Of a stretch of DNA of 41,959 nt, positions 29,401 through 38,695 are shown one piece after another. Every line of letters begins with the position of its first letter. Positions within the stretch are counted from its first letter, which is position 1. Both the position numbers and the translations under genes were made by a program. The DNA comes from Chrysochromulina tobinii. Taxonomy: Eukaryota. The notes beneath the pieces were generated by a model. The model searched no databases and was not told the origin of the DNA. It worked only from the letters and a program-made list of their open reading frames with translations. The stretch lies in NCBI GenBank assembly GCA_001275005.1, contig JWZX01003363.1, forward strand, positions 1 through 41,959, written 5' to 3'.

Positions 29401-31032
29401 TGCGAGCTCCGGATCGGGCTCGGGCTCCGAGCTGACCGCGCGCACGACCGAGCCATAGCTGGTTAGCTCGAGCGAAAACATATGCGGACGCGCCTCGATG
29501 ATTGACTTGAGCGGCTGACGCAAGTGGTCCGGCTTGCGTACGAGGCTGCCAAGCACGCCAAGGAGGAGACCCCGACCCTCACGACTGGAGGGCAGCAGGA
29601 GATAGTCTAGCAGCCGAGCAGCGTACTCATCGGCGGAGTCTTCTGCAGAGCCTGAGGAGCGCGTGCCTGGCGCTTGTGCGAGGCTCACCCTCTCACCGCC
29701 ACCGCCCTGATTGGGGTCGCGCGTGCCTGGCGCTGGAGGTGCAATGGGTGCTTTCGTAGCCGTCATCGCCATCTGCAGTTGAAGCTGCTCGAGAGCGTCG
29801 CCTAACCAGAGAGGAGGTGCTGGTGCTGTTGCTGGTGCTGTGACGACCGGAGGAACCAAATCAGGAACCAGCCCGCCAGAGCCCCCGCCGGAGGCCGTCA
29901 GAGTCAGCTCGACGTCCACCTTCGTCCAGCCCTTCCAACAGCTGTTGCAGTAGAAGACGCCGTCTGTGTCGGTTCGGCCACCCGCCTTGCTCTGGCAGGA
30001 CTCGCAAGCCTGCACTGCATCGACCACCTGAGATACGATCTCGAGCCATCCGCCGCCTGAGACGTTAGGGTCAGGCTGAAACTTTAGGCGCCCGCGTGCA
30101 TCCTCGTGGCCGCATAGGTACTTGAGCTTCTTGGTCGCCGGGAGCACAGAGCGGTCTACCGACGGGTGCGCGTTATAGAACTCGTTGAGCTGCGCGGCAG
30201 TCACGCGCTGCTCGCCCCTGGTCCGGATCCACGCGCATAGCAGCGTGACGAACTGGCCGATGCCTGGCGCGTGTTCAGTCGTTGCTGGTGCTGATGCTGG
30301 TGCTGATGCTGGTGCTGGTGCTGAGCCTGTCGAGCGCGTGCCTGGCGCTTGAGCGAGGCTCACCCTCTCACCGCCACTGCACTGGTTGGGGTCGCTCGTG
30401 CCTGGCGCTCGAGGTGGGCGCCGTGGGCCCCCGGCAGTAGTTGCCAAGCTGATATTGACAGCAATCGGACGGCCAGCATGCTCGCCAACCTCGTAGGATA
30501 TCTCGTCGTTCTCGTCGAGAGTGAACTGCGTAGTGAAGTTGCCCCGGTGGATGAAGATGTCATCCCCACCCGCTGCTGGCGTTGCAAAACCGATGCCCTT
30601 CTTGCGGTCGAACCACTTGACGGTGCCTTTTCCCGCCTCATCGAACTGGCCGATTCCCAAAGTTGCAGTGCGCGTGCCTGGCGCTGGAGGTGCAATGGGT
30701 GCTTTCGTAGCCGTCATCGCCATCTGCAGTTGAAGCTGCTCGAGAGCGTCGCCTAACCGGAGAGGAGGTGCTGGTGCTGTTGTAAGTGTATCTGTTGCAG
30801 AGCCTGTCGAGCGCGTGCCTGGCGCTTGAGCGAGGCTCACCCTCTCACTGCCAGGAGCCTCGCCCTGATTGGGGTCGTGCAGAATGAATTCTTGCCGCCC
30901 TTTTACGATAGACTTCAGGCCGCCGACGACTCCGGGTGGCTTCGGCACGCAGCTGCCAAGTGAATCAAGCCTACAAATGCCCTGCGGCTGCGAACGGATG
31001 TGTGCCACAAGTCGCGCGACGTAATCCTCCAT
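26464..31032 (-). CDS. MOV10: MOV10/SDE3-like UPF1-family SF1 RNA helicase with N-terminal cold-shock and winged-helix-like domains
   Basis: PYIVFGPPGTGKT, LVCAPTNTAAD, IDEAGQ, GDPKQLGP, LVRNFRSH, SPSWFNADE, FQGQE, KRFNVALTRA, and the MOV10-typical GLAEKRPSVLRGD. CSD: GTVKWFDRKKGIGF..DIFIH. Confidence 0.9.
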   Translation of the reverse strand: MEDYVARLVAHIRSQPQGICRLDSLGSCVPKPPGVVGGLKSIVKGRQEFILHDPNQGEAPGSERVSLAQAPGTRSTGSATDTLTTAPAPPLRLGDALEQLQLQMAMTATKAPIAPPAPGTRTATLGIGQFDEAGKGTVKWFDRKKGIGFATPAAGGDDIFIHRGNFTTQFTLDENDEISYEVGEHAGRPIAVNISLATTAGGPRRPPRAPGTSDPNQCSGGERVSLAQAPGTRSTGSAPAPASAPASAPATTEHAPGIGQFVTLLCAWIRTRGEQRVTAAQLNEFYNAHPSVDRSVLPATKKLKYLCGHEDARGRLKFQPDPNVSGGGWLEIVSQVVDAVQACESCQSKAGGRTDTDGVFYCNSCWKGWTKVDVELTLTASGGGSGGLVPDLVPPVVTAPATAPAPPLWLGDALEQLQLQMAMTATKAPIAPPAPGTRDPNQGGGGERVSLAQAPGTRSSGSAEDSADEYAARLLDYLLLPSSREGRGLLLGVLGSLVRKPDHLRQPLKSIIEARPHMFSLELTSYGSVVRAVSSEPEPDPELATLEQVARAFYDCLMEDASLRQRCETRSEFTKAYNEWREYQRAQGRQMAKAPPSQVIYSLSFKLKLITMSSDTIKFKPVGMFQKFEQLRAQRENLEADKFGVRVQPAQVSFDRIVALGATDDRVITISTGLEGLSLQSFTLMRQDFFVCSFVAAGPSVVPLALRPGSPTSIKLTYHPSAEGMAGDVLVLSFQSAGGRRFTICRFVEARCGDADLHDDLKPSAPYQKPKRRRPPRLEEEGETILAPPEQGGIGGSGSQGPSLGGHDLNRAWKKLLLEDPKVAAAALEQGQQMMKSAPAHEAMAIYPVYFENLLWTEEIQLHADLASFDLVEEKSTILRRTGSNFMLIVHGLAEKRPSVLRGDTVWVKLPGNSKRWQGRAVDIQREEVVLHFHPQFAQSYIDGMRVEVRFTLGRRPLRIFYQGLTLTSALRDAVLFPSPAHLLAQPASSDRITDADRQRVSREMRLMNVNVAANDEQAAAVRAVLLGEKRQVPYIVFGPPGTGKTTTVVELILQFVKGFKSSKVLVCAPTNTAADVCCEKLGHYGAIAGRMEMLRFMSYMRHHNEVPERVRPFTQGYDDEKRCYPSVTREDLLKKRIVVATLSMGGSLYNLGVPRGAFDLIVIDEAGQAMEPEAIACVAGLLAPDGQMVLSGDPKQLGPVIHHGLAKTFGLATSYLERLMSREVYARAAGGGYNPHVLTKLVRNFRSHEELLHLPNELFYEGELEAYADPTLRNCCLQWDGLPNPRVPMLFHGIEGKDDREGNSPSWFNADEAIQVLRYVESLLRMRQNPLQQEHIGVITPYNKQMQKISKLLKGQDLGGVKVGSTELFQGQERRVIIISTVRSNKDFIGFDAKHSLGFLDNPKRFNVALTRACSLLIIVGNPSVLAPDPHWGKLLRTCIEKNAYTGVPPPPPPAQGDDDPFGGGDDPFGGGDDPFGGGDVDGANNLADRLAEMMLGVDVEDEVSHQQQEEGNEMPNWGQS
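29719..30782. repeat. 113-bp near-identical direct repeat (29719-29831 and 30670-30782) inside the helicase gene
   Basis: Both copies encode TAPAPPL[W/R]LGDALEQLQLQMAMTATKAPIAPPAPGTR; one mismatch seen. Confidence 0.9.
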
Positions 31033-31673
31033 GTGCGTTCTTCCTCAGGTCTTTGCGCTCGCCACTTAGGTGGTCTTTCTCGTCGGTGACAGATTGTGAA
31101 TGGACTCTCGCTTGCAAGTCGTGTCACGATCGAAAGCAAACAAACTTCCTCCGCTTTTGGAAACCACCCACCCAAAACAGGTTTCCGGTCGTCTCAAAGG
31201 ACGGCTCCGCTCTCCTCGGTCCGACACAAGTACTGAGTCCTCGCACTCCACGCTGACGCTCGCTCGGGCTAAAATTCAATTTCGCTACATGTAGTGAGGT
31301 CGGTCTCTCCCAGCAAACAGTTTACAAAAAGTGTGATCTCTGGTGCTCGCTGCCCTATACTACCGGGTACCGGGCGGGATTGTTCCGCGCGTGTTGTGAT
31401 CTTGAACTTGATGGGAAGCAGGGAAGGGGGTACATGCACATGTAGAACTGTATCTGTGGGACATCATGTGTGTCGATGTGTGTGACTTGGTGAGTCACAA
31501 TTTCCTCTCCAGCTGCCCGGCCCTGATATGATTGCCTGAAGTGAGCGCGTTCGTACATAGCAATCACGTGGGCTGGTCGTTCTTCGAGCTAAAAGCATTC
31601 TGGAAAAGCATTCTTCGGACATCGGAGTTAATAAAGTAAGCCATTCACAGCCAATTCACACTCCTCCTTCGCG

Positions 31674-32378
31674 ATGATGTCGCGTACCGGCACCGGACGG
31701 CCGCAGGCCGCCACATCCTTGCTGCCGCCCAAGGCCGCCTCCGGAGAGTTTGAGATGCTCTGGAGCGCCTGGTGCAACCAGGCTCGCGATCCGAGCCGTC
31801 CTTCTTCGGAAGCCGACGGCATCTCGGACATGCTCAGCGCCTTACCCAAACTGCCGCCGCCGCCGCCTCCGCTCGCCGAGAGCGACGTGCGCTCGGTGAT
31901 CGCAGCGCAGCAAAAGATCATCCAGGAGCTCGAGCAGCAGTTGCGCCGTGGTGGAGTCGCCGACAGTTCCGAGAGCCTCGGCGATCTACGGCGTCAGAAT
32001 GCAGCTATCACCGCGAGGTGCATAGCGTTGGAGCAGCAACTTGCCGACGCTCAGACGCGGTGTCGATGCGTGGAGGACCTCAATGCAAAGTGGCGCGAGC
32101 AGTACAGCATTCTGAAAAAGCGCGAGGAGGAATCTTGGGAGCGGCTGCAGCGCAGCCTAAAGCGCGTGGACCGCGCTGACCAGGCGGAGCAGAGCCATCA
32201 GAAGCTTACCTCGGCGCTCAAGCAACGCAGCGCCGAGGTCGTGAAACAAGGGCAGCGCATCGCGGAGCTGGAGGCCATGGTGGAGCACCTTCGGACGGCG
32301 CTCGCCGTCGCAATGGGCACTCTGACACCTGAGGCGCTTGAAGTGAGGTGGCAGCACAGCGCAGAGGATGCCTTGTGA
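31674..32378 (+). CDS. Uncharacterised coiled-coil protein, 234 aa
   Basis: Heptad-rich Q/E/L/R sequence (QQKIIQELEQQL, IAELEAMVEHL). Confidence 0.65.
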   Translation: MMSRTGTGRPQAATSLLPPKAASGEFEMLWSAWCNQARDPSRPSSEADGISDMLSALPKLPPPPPPLAESDVRSVIAAQQKIIQELEQQLRRGGVADSSESLGDLRRQNAAITARCIALEQQLADAQTRCRCVEDLNAKWREQYSILKKREEESWERLQRSLKRVDRADQAEQSHQKLTSALKQRSAEVVKQGQRIAELEAMVEHLRTALAVAMGTLTPEALEVRWQHSAEDAL

Positions 32379-32664
32379 AAGCGACCTGGTGGTGCTCGAG
32401 TCGGCCTGGTGGTACTGTTCGAGAAAACACCGACAACCGTGTGGCGTGTGGCTTAAGAGCCGGCGAAGTACTACGTGTAGCGTGCGACGCGGGTGGCCAG
32501 GGTCCCCTGTACGGGGTATGTTGTTTTCTTCATCTAGAGTCAAGTCAAGTCTGACTAAGTCGCGTGCGGTCGTCCCTGTGCCCGTCCCTCGTGCGCGTCG
32601 CGTGTTACGCTAGCCTGTATGCACAACGCAGCTGTAGAGGCGTCCGTTTGCGGTGCGACTATTC

Positions 32665-35600
32665 TTATTGAAGGCCTCTCTCGCGGTCGCGCGATGCCGA
32701 CCCCGACCGGCCCACGCGAAGCGGCTGCAGCGCAGTTGGCCTCGCGGCGTGCGGCGGCGCGTGCAGCGCGCCGAAGCCACCGCCCGTGCGCCTGGAGCCG
32801 CTCAACGGCTGCAACGTCGGACCGGCGCCACCCGAGCCGGCACGTGGCGTGGGCGTGTCCGAGAGGGCGCTCGTGGACGTACAGCCTGAAGCGGACACCG
32901 CGCCGCCCGTGAGGAGGAATTGGGTGCTCATCCGTGACGAATCCGTGTGGAATTGGGTGCTCATCCGTGAGGCCGCGGCCGCGCCAGCCGCGAAGCCAGC
33001 GGAGTAGCAGACCGCCGCCGCGGCGCTGCCCATCACGGCGCTGCCCATCACGGCGCTGCCCACGCTGCCGCCGCCGGCGGCGGCAGCGCCAGCTCGGCCG
33101 CTAGACATGGCCGCGCCACTCGGCGCGAGAGCAAACGTAGAAGGGGCTGGCCTCGCGCCAGGGGCGCCAAAGGCGGCGTAACGTCCGGCGCGGGCGGCGA
33201 GTTCGTTACCGGTACCTGCGAGCCGGAGCGTGCCCACCCCCTGACTGGCCGCACTGACGATGGCGCCGTAGTCGGTTTCGTCAGCTTCGTCGAGATCTGG
33301 AGGGGGTCGTGTGCGTGGAGCCGCGAGGGCCGCGAGGGCCGCGGTCGCGAGCAGCGACGCCGGCGCATACGCCGCCGGCGCCGGCGCCACGAGCTTTGGT
33401 GGGGGTGCCGACCGCCCGTCGTTGAGCGCCGTCGCGGGCGGGGATTTCGTCACCTCCTCGTACGGGACGTGGATGGGGCCGCTGCGCCCGCCCGCGTGGC
33501 GCACGAGCGTTCGTCCAAGCCGCGCCGGCGATGGCTGCAACGTCGCGGCACCGAGCGCCGCCGCCGCCGCTGACGGCTCCTCGTCCTTCGCATCTGCGGC
33601 GACATGGAAGGTGGCCTCAGCGGCCGCGGCCGCTGCGTTCCTGGCACTGGCCGCGTCGTGCGACGCGGACAGCAGTGCGTCGACGACGTCCTGCATCCTC
33701 GTGACTCTCCCACCAGCATCTTCGTCGTCCATCTCGATGCCCTCCTCCCTGTCACTCAACCCGGCCTCTTCTTCCCCTCGCAGCTCGGGCTCGGCCTCCT
33801 CTTCGTCCTCCTCCTCGCCGTCGTCGTCCTCGTCGTCGTCGTCGCCGCGCCGTGCGGCGCGCGCGGCCGCGCGCTTCGATTCCTTCTTCGCCTGTGTGAG
33901 GACCCACTGGGTCACGATGCCACGCAGCTTCGCCATGCCCCCCGCATTCGGCGGTCCGAGGCGTGAACAAGGGTTCACACCGAGCATATCGAGCGCGGCG
34001 AGCGCCAGCGCCTTGCCCACATCCCGCCACGAGTCAGGCGTGTACTTGGGCGCGACGGACTTGAGAGGGGGGGGCGGCGGCGAGAGCGCGCCCTTGTCGA
34101 TGCCCTTGGGGATGTGCGGCGGCTGCAGCCGCGTAACTGTGCGTCCCATGTTGTAGTTACACTCGAGCGTATACACGTGCGTGAGGCCGGTCATCTTGTA
34201 GACGGCGACGCGGCCCGAGCCCTCCTTGGAGAGGCCGTCTCGCTTGTCGCGGCCGTACATGTTGCGCTCCGTGAACACGCAGCCGCCAAAGTCGAACCAA
34301 CGGCAGTTGGCGCCCACGAGCTTGGCGTAGAGCACATTGTCCACCATGCGCTCGGTCTCGGGCAGCGCGTTGCCGAAGAGGAAGCAGCCTCGCTTGGTGG
34401 CGTGTCCGTGCGTGTCGATGTAAAAGGAGAGGACGCCCTTGGCATGCAGATGGCGCACGAGCGCCGCGATGGCGTTCACACTTGGGTGCGTCTCGAACGG
34501 GCACGCGAGGTAGCACCGGTTCAGGTTGGCGCCGCGCGTGTCAGCTCGGTAGTGGCCCCGGTACACACCGTCCGGGTTGATCATCGGGATGAGCTTAAAG
34601 ACGAACCGCTCGCGCAGCGCGCGCGCTCGCGGATCGTGCTCGCGCAGCAGGAAGTTGACGAAGCCGTCGAAGACATGCGATGCGGGCGTCTCTCCCGGAT
34701 GGACACGCGCGGTGAGCATGAACACCGGCTTCGCTCCAAAAGAGCGAGCGCGGCTCCCGCCCTCGGGCATCAGCCCGGTCTGACGTAGAGGCTCCTCGGT
34801 CCTGCCCAGCATGCCGTTGGTGCCGCTCAGCGTGATCAGGTCGATGCGCCGACCCTCAAGCGAGCGCGTGAGCAGCTCCCGGTGGTAGTAGACTCCACCG
34901 GGACGGTATGGCGGCGCGACCGACGCGGCCGCTTGTACCGCTGCCACGGCGATCTCCGAGCAGTGGACCGAGGCCGCACCATCGGCAGCCGACGCGGCGG
35001 CGGCCAGTGCGGCGTCGTACACCCCCGGAGGCGCCTTGAGCTCGGCCTCGATGGGTGAGCTGCGTCCGACGCTCACGCCATGAGCGACGCCCGCGCGCTT
35101 CCACGCCGAAGTTGCAGCGGAGGCGCCGTCGCCGCTGCCGCCGCCGGCGCTGCTGCTGCTAGCGGCGCCGCTGCTGCTGCTACCGGCGCTGCTGCTCCGC
35201 CCGCTGTCGAGCGAGCCAGTCGCCTTATCACCCGTCGCCTTGACCGCCTCGGCCGCCTCGGCCGCGTCGGGCGCGGCAGGGGTGACAGCGGCAGGCAAGG
35301 CCGAGTCGGTTGCGATGGGTAGATGGATCGTCGCCGGTGGTAGACCGAAGACGGAGTCGAGCCATGCGAGCCGCGCAATATTGTCCGCGTACCCGTGCGG
35401 GAAGCAGAAGGCGAAATAGGTCGTCTCGTCCGGTTCACCGTCCATCTTGTGCCGGAAGCGCAGCACAAAGTTGTCCTCCTCTTTGCAGCCCGTGTACGTG
35501 GTTTGGAGCGGGATGCGCGTCCATGTCGGCCGCGAGGGCAGCACGCGCACCGACGGGCACATGCCCTGCCGGATGAGCTTTCCTTGCGCGTTCATGTTGT

Positions 35601-35817
35601 GGATGTAGAAGGTGAGTTGTCGGCCCTTGGCGGCGCCGCGCACGGCAAAGCCAAACCACGTTCGGTAGCCCTTTTCAAACGGCGTGCCCTCAGCGTCGCA
35701 CGCCGTCCAGAGCGCAAACTCGTGCTCGTCAACCTGCTCGACGCGCGACGCGTTGCCACTGTCGTAGTCGCTCGAGAAGCTCAGGTCGCCGCACTGGAAG
35801 CTGGAGAGGCGCTCCAT
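32665..35817 (-). CDS. AGBL5: Cytosolic carboxypeptidase, CCP5-like tubulin deglutamylase (M14D)
   Basis: FSSDYDSGN, WFGF, FAFCFP, ARVHPGETPAS, NPDGVYRGHYRAD..NLNR, IDTHGH, KEGSGRV and YTLECNYN motifs. Confidence 0.88.
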   Translation of the reverse strand: MERLSSFQCGDLSFSSDYDSGNASRVEQVDEHEFALWTACDAEGTPFEKGYRTWFGFAVRGAAKGRQLTFYIHNMNAQGKLIRQGMCPSVRVLPSRPTWTRIPLQTTYTGCKEEDNFVLRFRHKMDGEPDETTYFAFCFPHGYADNIARLAWLDSVFGLPPATIHLPIATDSALPAAVTPAAPDAAEAAEAVKATGDKATGSLDSGRSSSAGSSSSGAASSSSAGGGSGDGASAATSAWKRAGVAHGVSVGRSSPIEAELKAPPGVYDAALAAAASAADGAASVHCSEIAVAAVQAAASVAPPYRPGGVYYHRELLTRSLEGRRIDLITLSGTNGMLGRTEEPLRQTGLMPEGGSRARSFGAKPVFMLTARVHPGETPASHVFDGFVNFLLREHDPRARALRERFVFKLIPMINPDGVYRGHYRADTRGANLNRCYLACPFETHPSVNAIAALVRHLHAKGVLSFYIDTHGHATKRGCFLFGNALPETERMVDNVLYAKLVGANCRWFDFGGCVFTERNMYGRDKRDGLSKEGSGRVAVYKMTGLTHVYTLECNYNMGRTVTRLQPPHIPKGIDKGALSPPPPPLKSVAPKYTPDSWRDVGKALALAALDMLGVNPCSRLGPPNAGGMAKLRGIVTQWVLTQAKKESKRAAARAARRGDDDDEDDDGEEEDEEEAEPELRGEEEAGLSDREEGIEMDDEDAGGRVTRMQDVVDALLSASHDAASARNAAAAAAEATFHVAADAKDEEPSAAAAALGAATLQPSPARLGRTLVRHAGGRSGPIHVPYEEVTKSPPATALNDGRSAPPPKLVAPAPAAYAPASLLATAALAALAAPRTRPPPDLDEADETDYGAIVSAASQGVGTLRLAGTGNELAARAGRYAAFGAPGARPAPSTFALAPSGAAMSSGRAGAAAAGGGSVGSAVMGSAVMGSAAAAVCYSAGFAAGAAAASRMSTQFHTDSSRMSTQFLLTGGAVSASGCTSTSALSDTPTPRAGSGGAGPTLQPLSGSRRTGGGFGALHAPPHAARPTALQPLRVGRSGSASRDRERGLQ

Positions 35818-35842
35818 GGACGGTCAAAGGAGTACCTTGTTT

Positions 35843-37558
35843 ATGCGTGACGCATCAGGCGCAGGGTGCTTCCACAGGAGGTTCGGGACGCGACCCTCTG
35901 AGAGGGGCTCGAAGGGGAACCCCACTTTTCTAATACACGAGACGCGACGTCCGGCGGCTGTTCCAACGGGTGCCGAGGCCGAGGAGGAGGTTGTGCCGGA
36001 CGACTCGTCGCAGTCTCAGGGCGAGGAGTTGCTGTACGCGGCGCGCACGGGTGATACTGCGAGGGTGAAGGAGCTGCTGGCCGCGGGCGTCCCGGTCGGG
36101 TTCCACAAGGGCGCGTCGGGGTGGACGCCGCTAAAGTGGGCGGCGTCCGAGGGCCACGAGGAGGTGCTCACGCTGCTACTCGAGCACGGCGCGGCGGAGG
36201 CGGAGATGGATGCGTCGAAGTTGGCCGCGCTCGCGGCCCAGGAGGGCGGCGCCGCGAGCAGCGGCTCGCCGCTGCACTGGGCGGCGTACAAGGGGCACGT
36301 GCGCCTCGTGTATCGGCTGCTCACATGCAAGCCCAAGATGTCGGCCAAGGAGCTCGACGGCGACGGGAACATGCCGCTGCACTGCGCCGCCGCAGGCGGG
36401 AGCCTCAAGTGCATCGAGACGATGCTCTCACAGGGCGTCGACGTCAACATCGCGAATGCGTACGGCAACAAGCCGGTGCAGCTCACAACGGATCCCAAAT
36501 GCAGTGAGCTGCTCAAGGCGGCGATGGTGGCGGCCAAGGAGGGGCGCTACTATCTGTGCGCGTGCTCGCACGAGTTCTGCTCCGAGGCCAAGTCGGTGGC
36601 CGACGTGGTCATCGATCGCGTCTCCGCACCCAACAGCCGACCGGTACGCTACTCGATGAAGTCGATGGGCCTGATCCGGGCGGCTGAGGATAACCTGACG
36701 CACGCGATCAAGGACGAGAACGTGCCGAAGCTCGAGGAGGCCATCGAGGCGGCCGACAAGATCGGCGCCTCGCTGCCGCTCATCGTCGAGGCGACCGCCG
36801 CGCTCGAGCGGCTCAAAGCGCAGATCGCGTTGCATGCGGCCGTGACAGCGTTGCAAGAGGCGCGGCCGCTGCAGGACCGCACGCTGCTTCGGCCGATGCA
36901 TGCTCCGATCCAGAGGAGCCGCGAGACGGGGGTGGCGGCGTCGATGATCGCGGACGCCGAGGCACTGTGCCAGACGGCCGAGTCCGAGGTCGTCCTGTTC
37001 GACCTCATGGAGCTCTGCCAGCCGCTCAAGATGGCCGATACCGAGGGCCTCGAAGAGGGCGGGAGCACCGAGCCGCCCTCCGCGGAGTCCGAGATGGCCA
37101 AGAAGGCGGAGGCGCTCATCGGGAAGCTCGCGGCGGCCATCGGCGCTGCGCAGTCGGTCGAGGCCAAGCAGGAGACAGTCGCTCAGGCCGAGGCGGAGCT
37201 CAACTTCCTTACCGGCGAGCACGAGCTGCGCAAGGCACTGCTGCAGCCGAAGCAAGGCACCATCGAGGAGACCAACGCGGAGACCAACGCGGTGACGGTG
37301 AAGCCGACTTGGACGCAGCACAACGGGCAGGTGTGCTATTCGGTCCTCGAGGACCTCACGTTCCGCGACGCCTTTTTAGACTCGAGCCTCGAAAAGTGCA
37401 TGGCTGCGGGCACCGCCGTTGGCATCCTCAACCACGCCGGCAAGATCCAGAAAGACCTCAAGGCGCTGCTCAAGCAGGCGCAGATCGACGAGGAGGCTCG
37501 GCTCGCGGCCGAGGCGGCCGCGGCGGCCAAGGCAGCCAAGAAGAAGAAGGGCAAGTAA
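35843..37558 (+). CDS. Ankyrin-repeat protein with helical C-terminal region; start uncertain (35816, 35843 or 35966)
   Basis: GWTPLKWAASEGH, SPLHWAAYKGH and GNMPLHCAAAGG repeats; basic tail AAKAAKKKKGK. Confidence 0.8.
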   Translation: MRDASGAGCFHRRFGTRPSERGSKGNPTFLIHETRRPAAVPTGAEAEEEVVPDDSSQSQGEELLYAARTGDTARVKELLAAGVPVGFHKGASGWTPLKWAASEGHEEVLTLLLEHGAAEAEMDASKLAALAAQEGGAASSGSPLHWAAYKGHVRLVYRLLTCKPKMSAKELDGDGNMPLHCAAAGGSLKCIETMLSQGVDVNIANAYGNKPVQLTTDPKCSELLKAAMVAAKEGRYYLCACSHEFCSEAKSVADVVIDRVSAPNSRPVRYSMKSMGLIRAAEDNLTHAIKDENVPKLEEAIEAADKIGASLPLIVEATAALERLKAQIALHAAVTALQEARPLQDRTLLRPMHAPIQRSRETGVAASMIADAEALCQTAESEVVLFDLMELCQPLKMADTEGLEEGGSTEPPSAESEMAKKAEALIGKLAAAIGAAQSVEAKQETVAQAEAELNFLTGEHELRKALLQPKQGTIEETNAETNAVTVKPTWTQHNGQVCYSVLEDLTFRDAFLDSSLEKCMAAGTAVGILNHAGKIQKDLKALLKQAQIDEEARLAAEAAAAAKAAKKKKGK

Positions 37559-37946
37559 CCATGTTGGGCGCCAGGGGCACGTGGTCGGGAGGTGTGCAAG
37601 GGCTGACGTGGTGGCGCAGGCCGCTGCGCGGAGCCCACCCTGGGGGCCTCTCCGGGTTCTGCAATCAGCATGCAATCGGAGCCCACCCTGGGGCCCTGGG
37701 CTCCCGTCCCCACCGGTACGGTTGGCGCCGGTGAGCGGTGTCGCTGCCGATAACGTGCGATCTGCAATGAATCTCGGCGGGTCCTGTGTGAAGCCAACTC
37801 GATTGCTTGCACGGACGTATTTTGGAAAGTGTAAAGGAGCGAAACATGATCTCCATTCAACTCTGGAAGCAGGCTACACCTGCTCGGCGTACACGGACGA
37901 ATACAGCAAATTTCAACATAGATTTGCGACTCCCAGCAATGGACGT

Positions 37947-38689
37947 TTACGCCTTGACGGCGTACTTGCGAATCGGGAAGTGCTTCTCCTTCTTCGCCTG
38001 CTTGAGCGTCTTGAGCGACTTCTGCTGCGGCGTGAGGGCCTTGCGGATGGCGCGCGTCTTCTTGAAGCGCAGGTCGAGCGGCACCAGGTCCTTGTCCTTG
38101 TAGAACATACGCAGCTGCGACTTTTGTGTCTGGTTGATCACCGTCAGCACGCGCGCAATCGACTTCCGCACCACCTTGCTGCGAGACGCACGGGCAAGCG
38201 CATGGATGGGTCAGCACCGAGCGTGCAACGGATGCGAGGTAGCGAAACGCGACGCGGCCAAGCAGCTGCTGTGAGAAGGGGGCGCGGCGACGCCCCCAGC
38301 ACGCCTTCCCATGACTGTACGCATTGGCATCATTGGTTCTGTCCTCCCTTTCCTTGCGGCAGCTGGCCGGTGGAGAGCCGATGGCCAGCGTGGACATCCG
38401 TCGAGTGCCCTGCGGACCGCTGTCTTGTGCCAGAGCGCTGCTGACGTCCAGCCGCACAGTTCTATTGAGCTGGCGATCGAGCCAGCGCGCCTGAGCTTCT
38501 CCCTGCGCCCGCGAGCATGCCGGGGTGCGCTTTCTTGCGGGCGGCGGCGTACATTTTGCTCAATTTGGATGCAGCGCCGCCAGTCACCTTCGCAACGCGA
38601 AGAGCAGCGAGCTCAGTCTTGAGCTCCTCCAGCTGCTTCTCAAGGTCGGCCTTGTTCTTGTTGCGCAGCTCGTGCACCTTCAGCTTCAT
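37947..38689 (-). CDS. RPL35: 60S ribosomal protein L35 (uL29); 2 coding exons (38689-38553, 38178-37947), 122 aa
   Basis: [63 protein letters not shown] phase-2 intron GTACGC..GCAG at 38552-38179 restores the frame. Confidence 0.97.
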
Positions 38690-38695
38690 GGCTGC

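Noticed and set aside
31040..31670. Longest intergenic region, lower GC, with a TACATGTA palindrome
   Set aside because: No terminal inverted repeats, target duplication or snRNA/tRNA signature could be established by eye.
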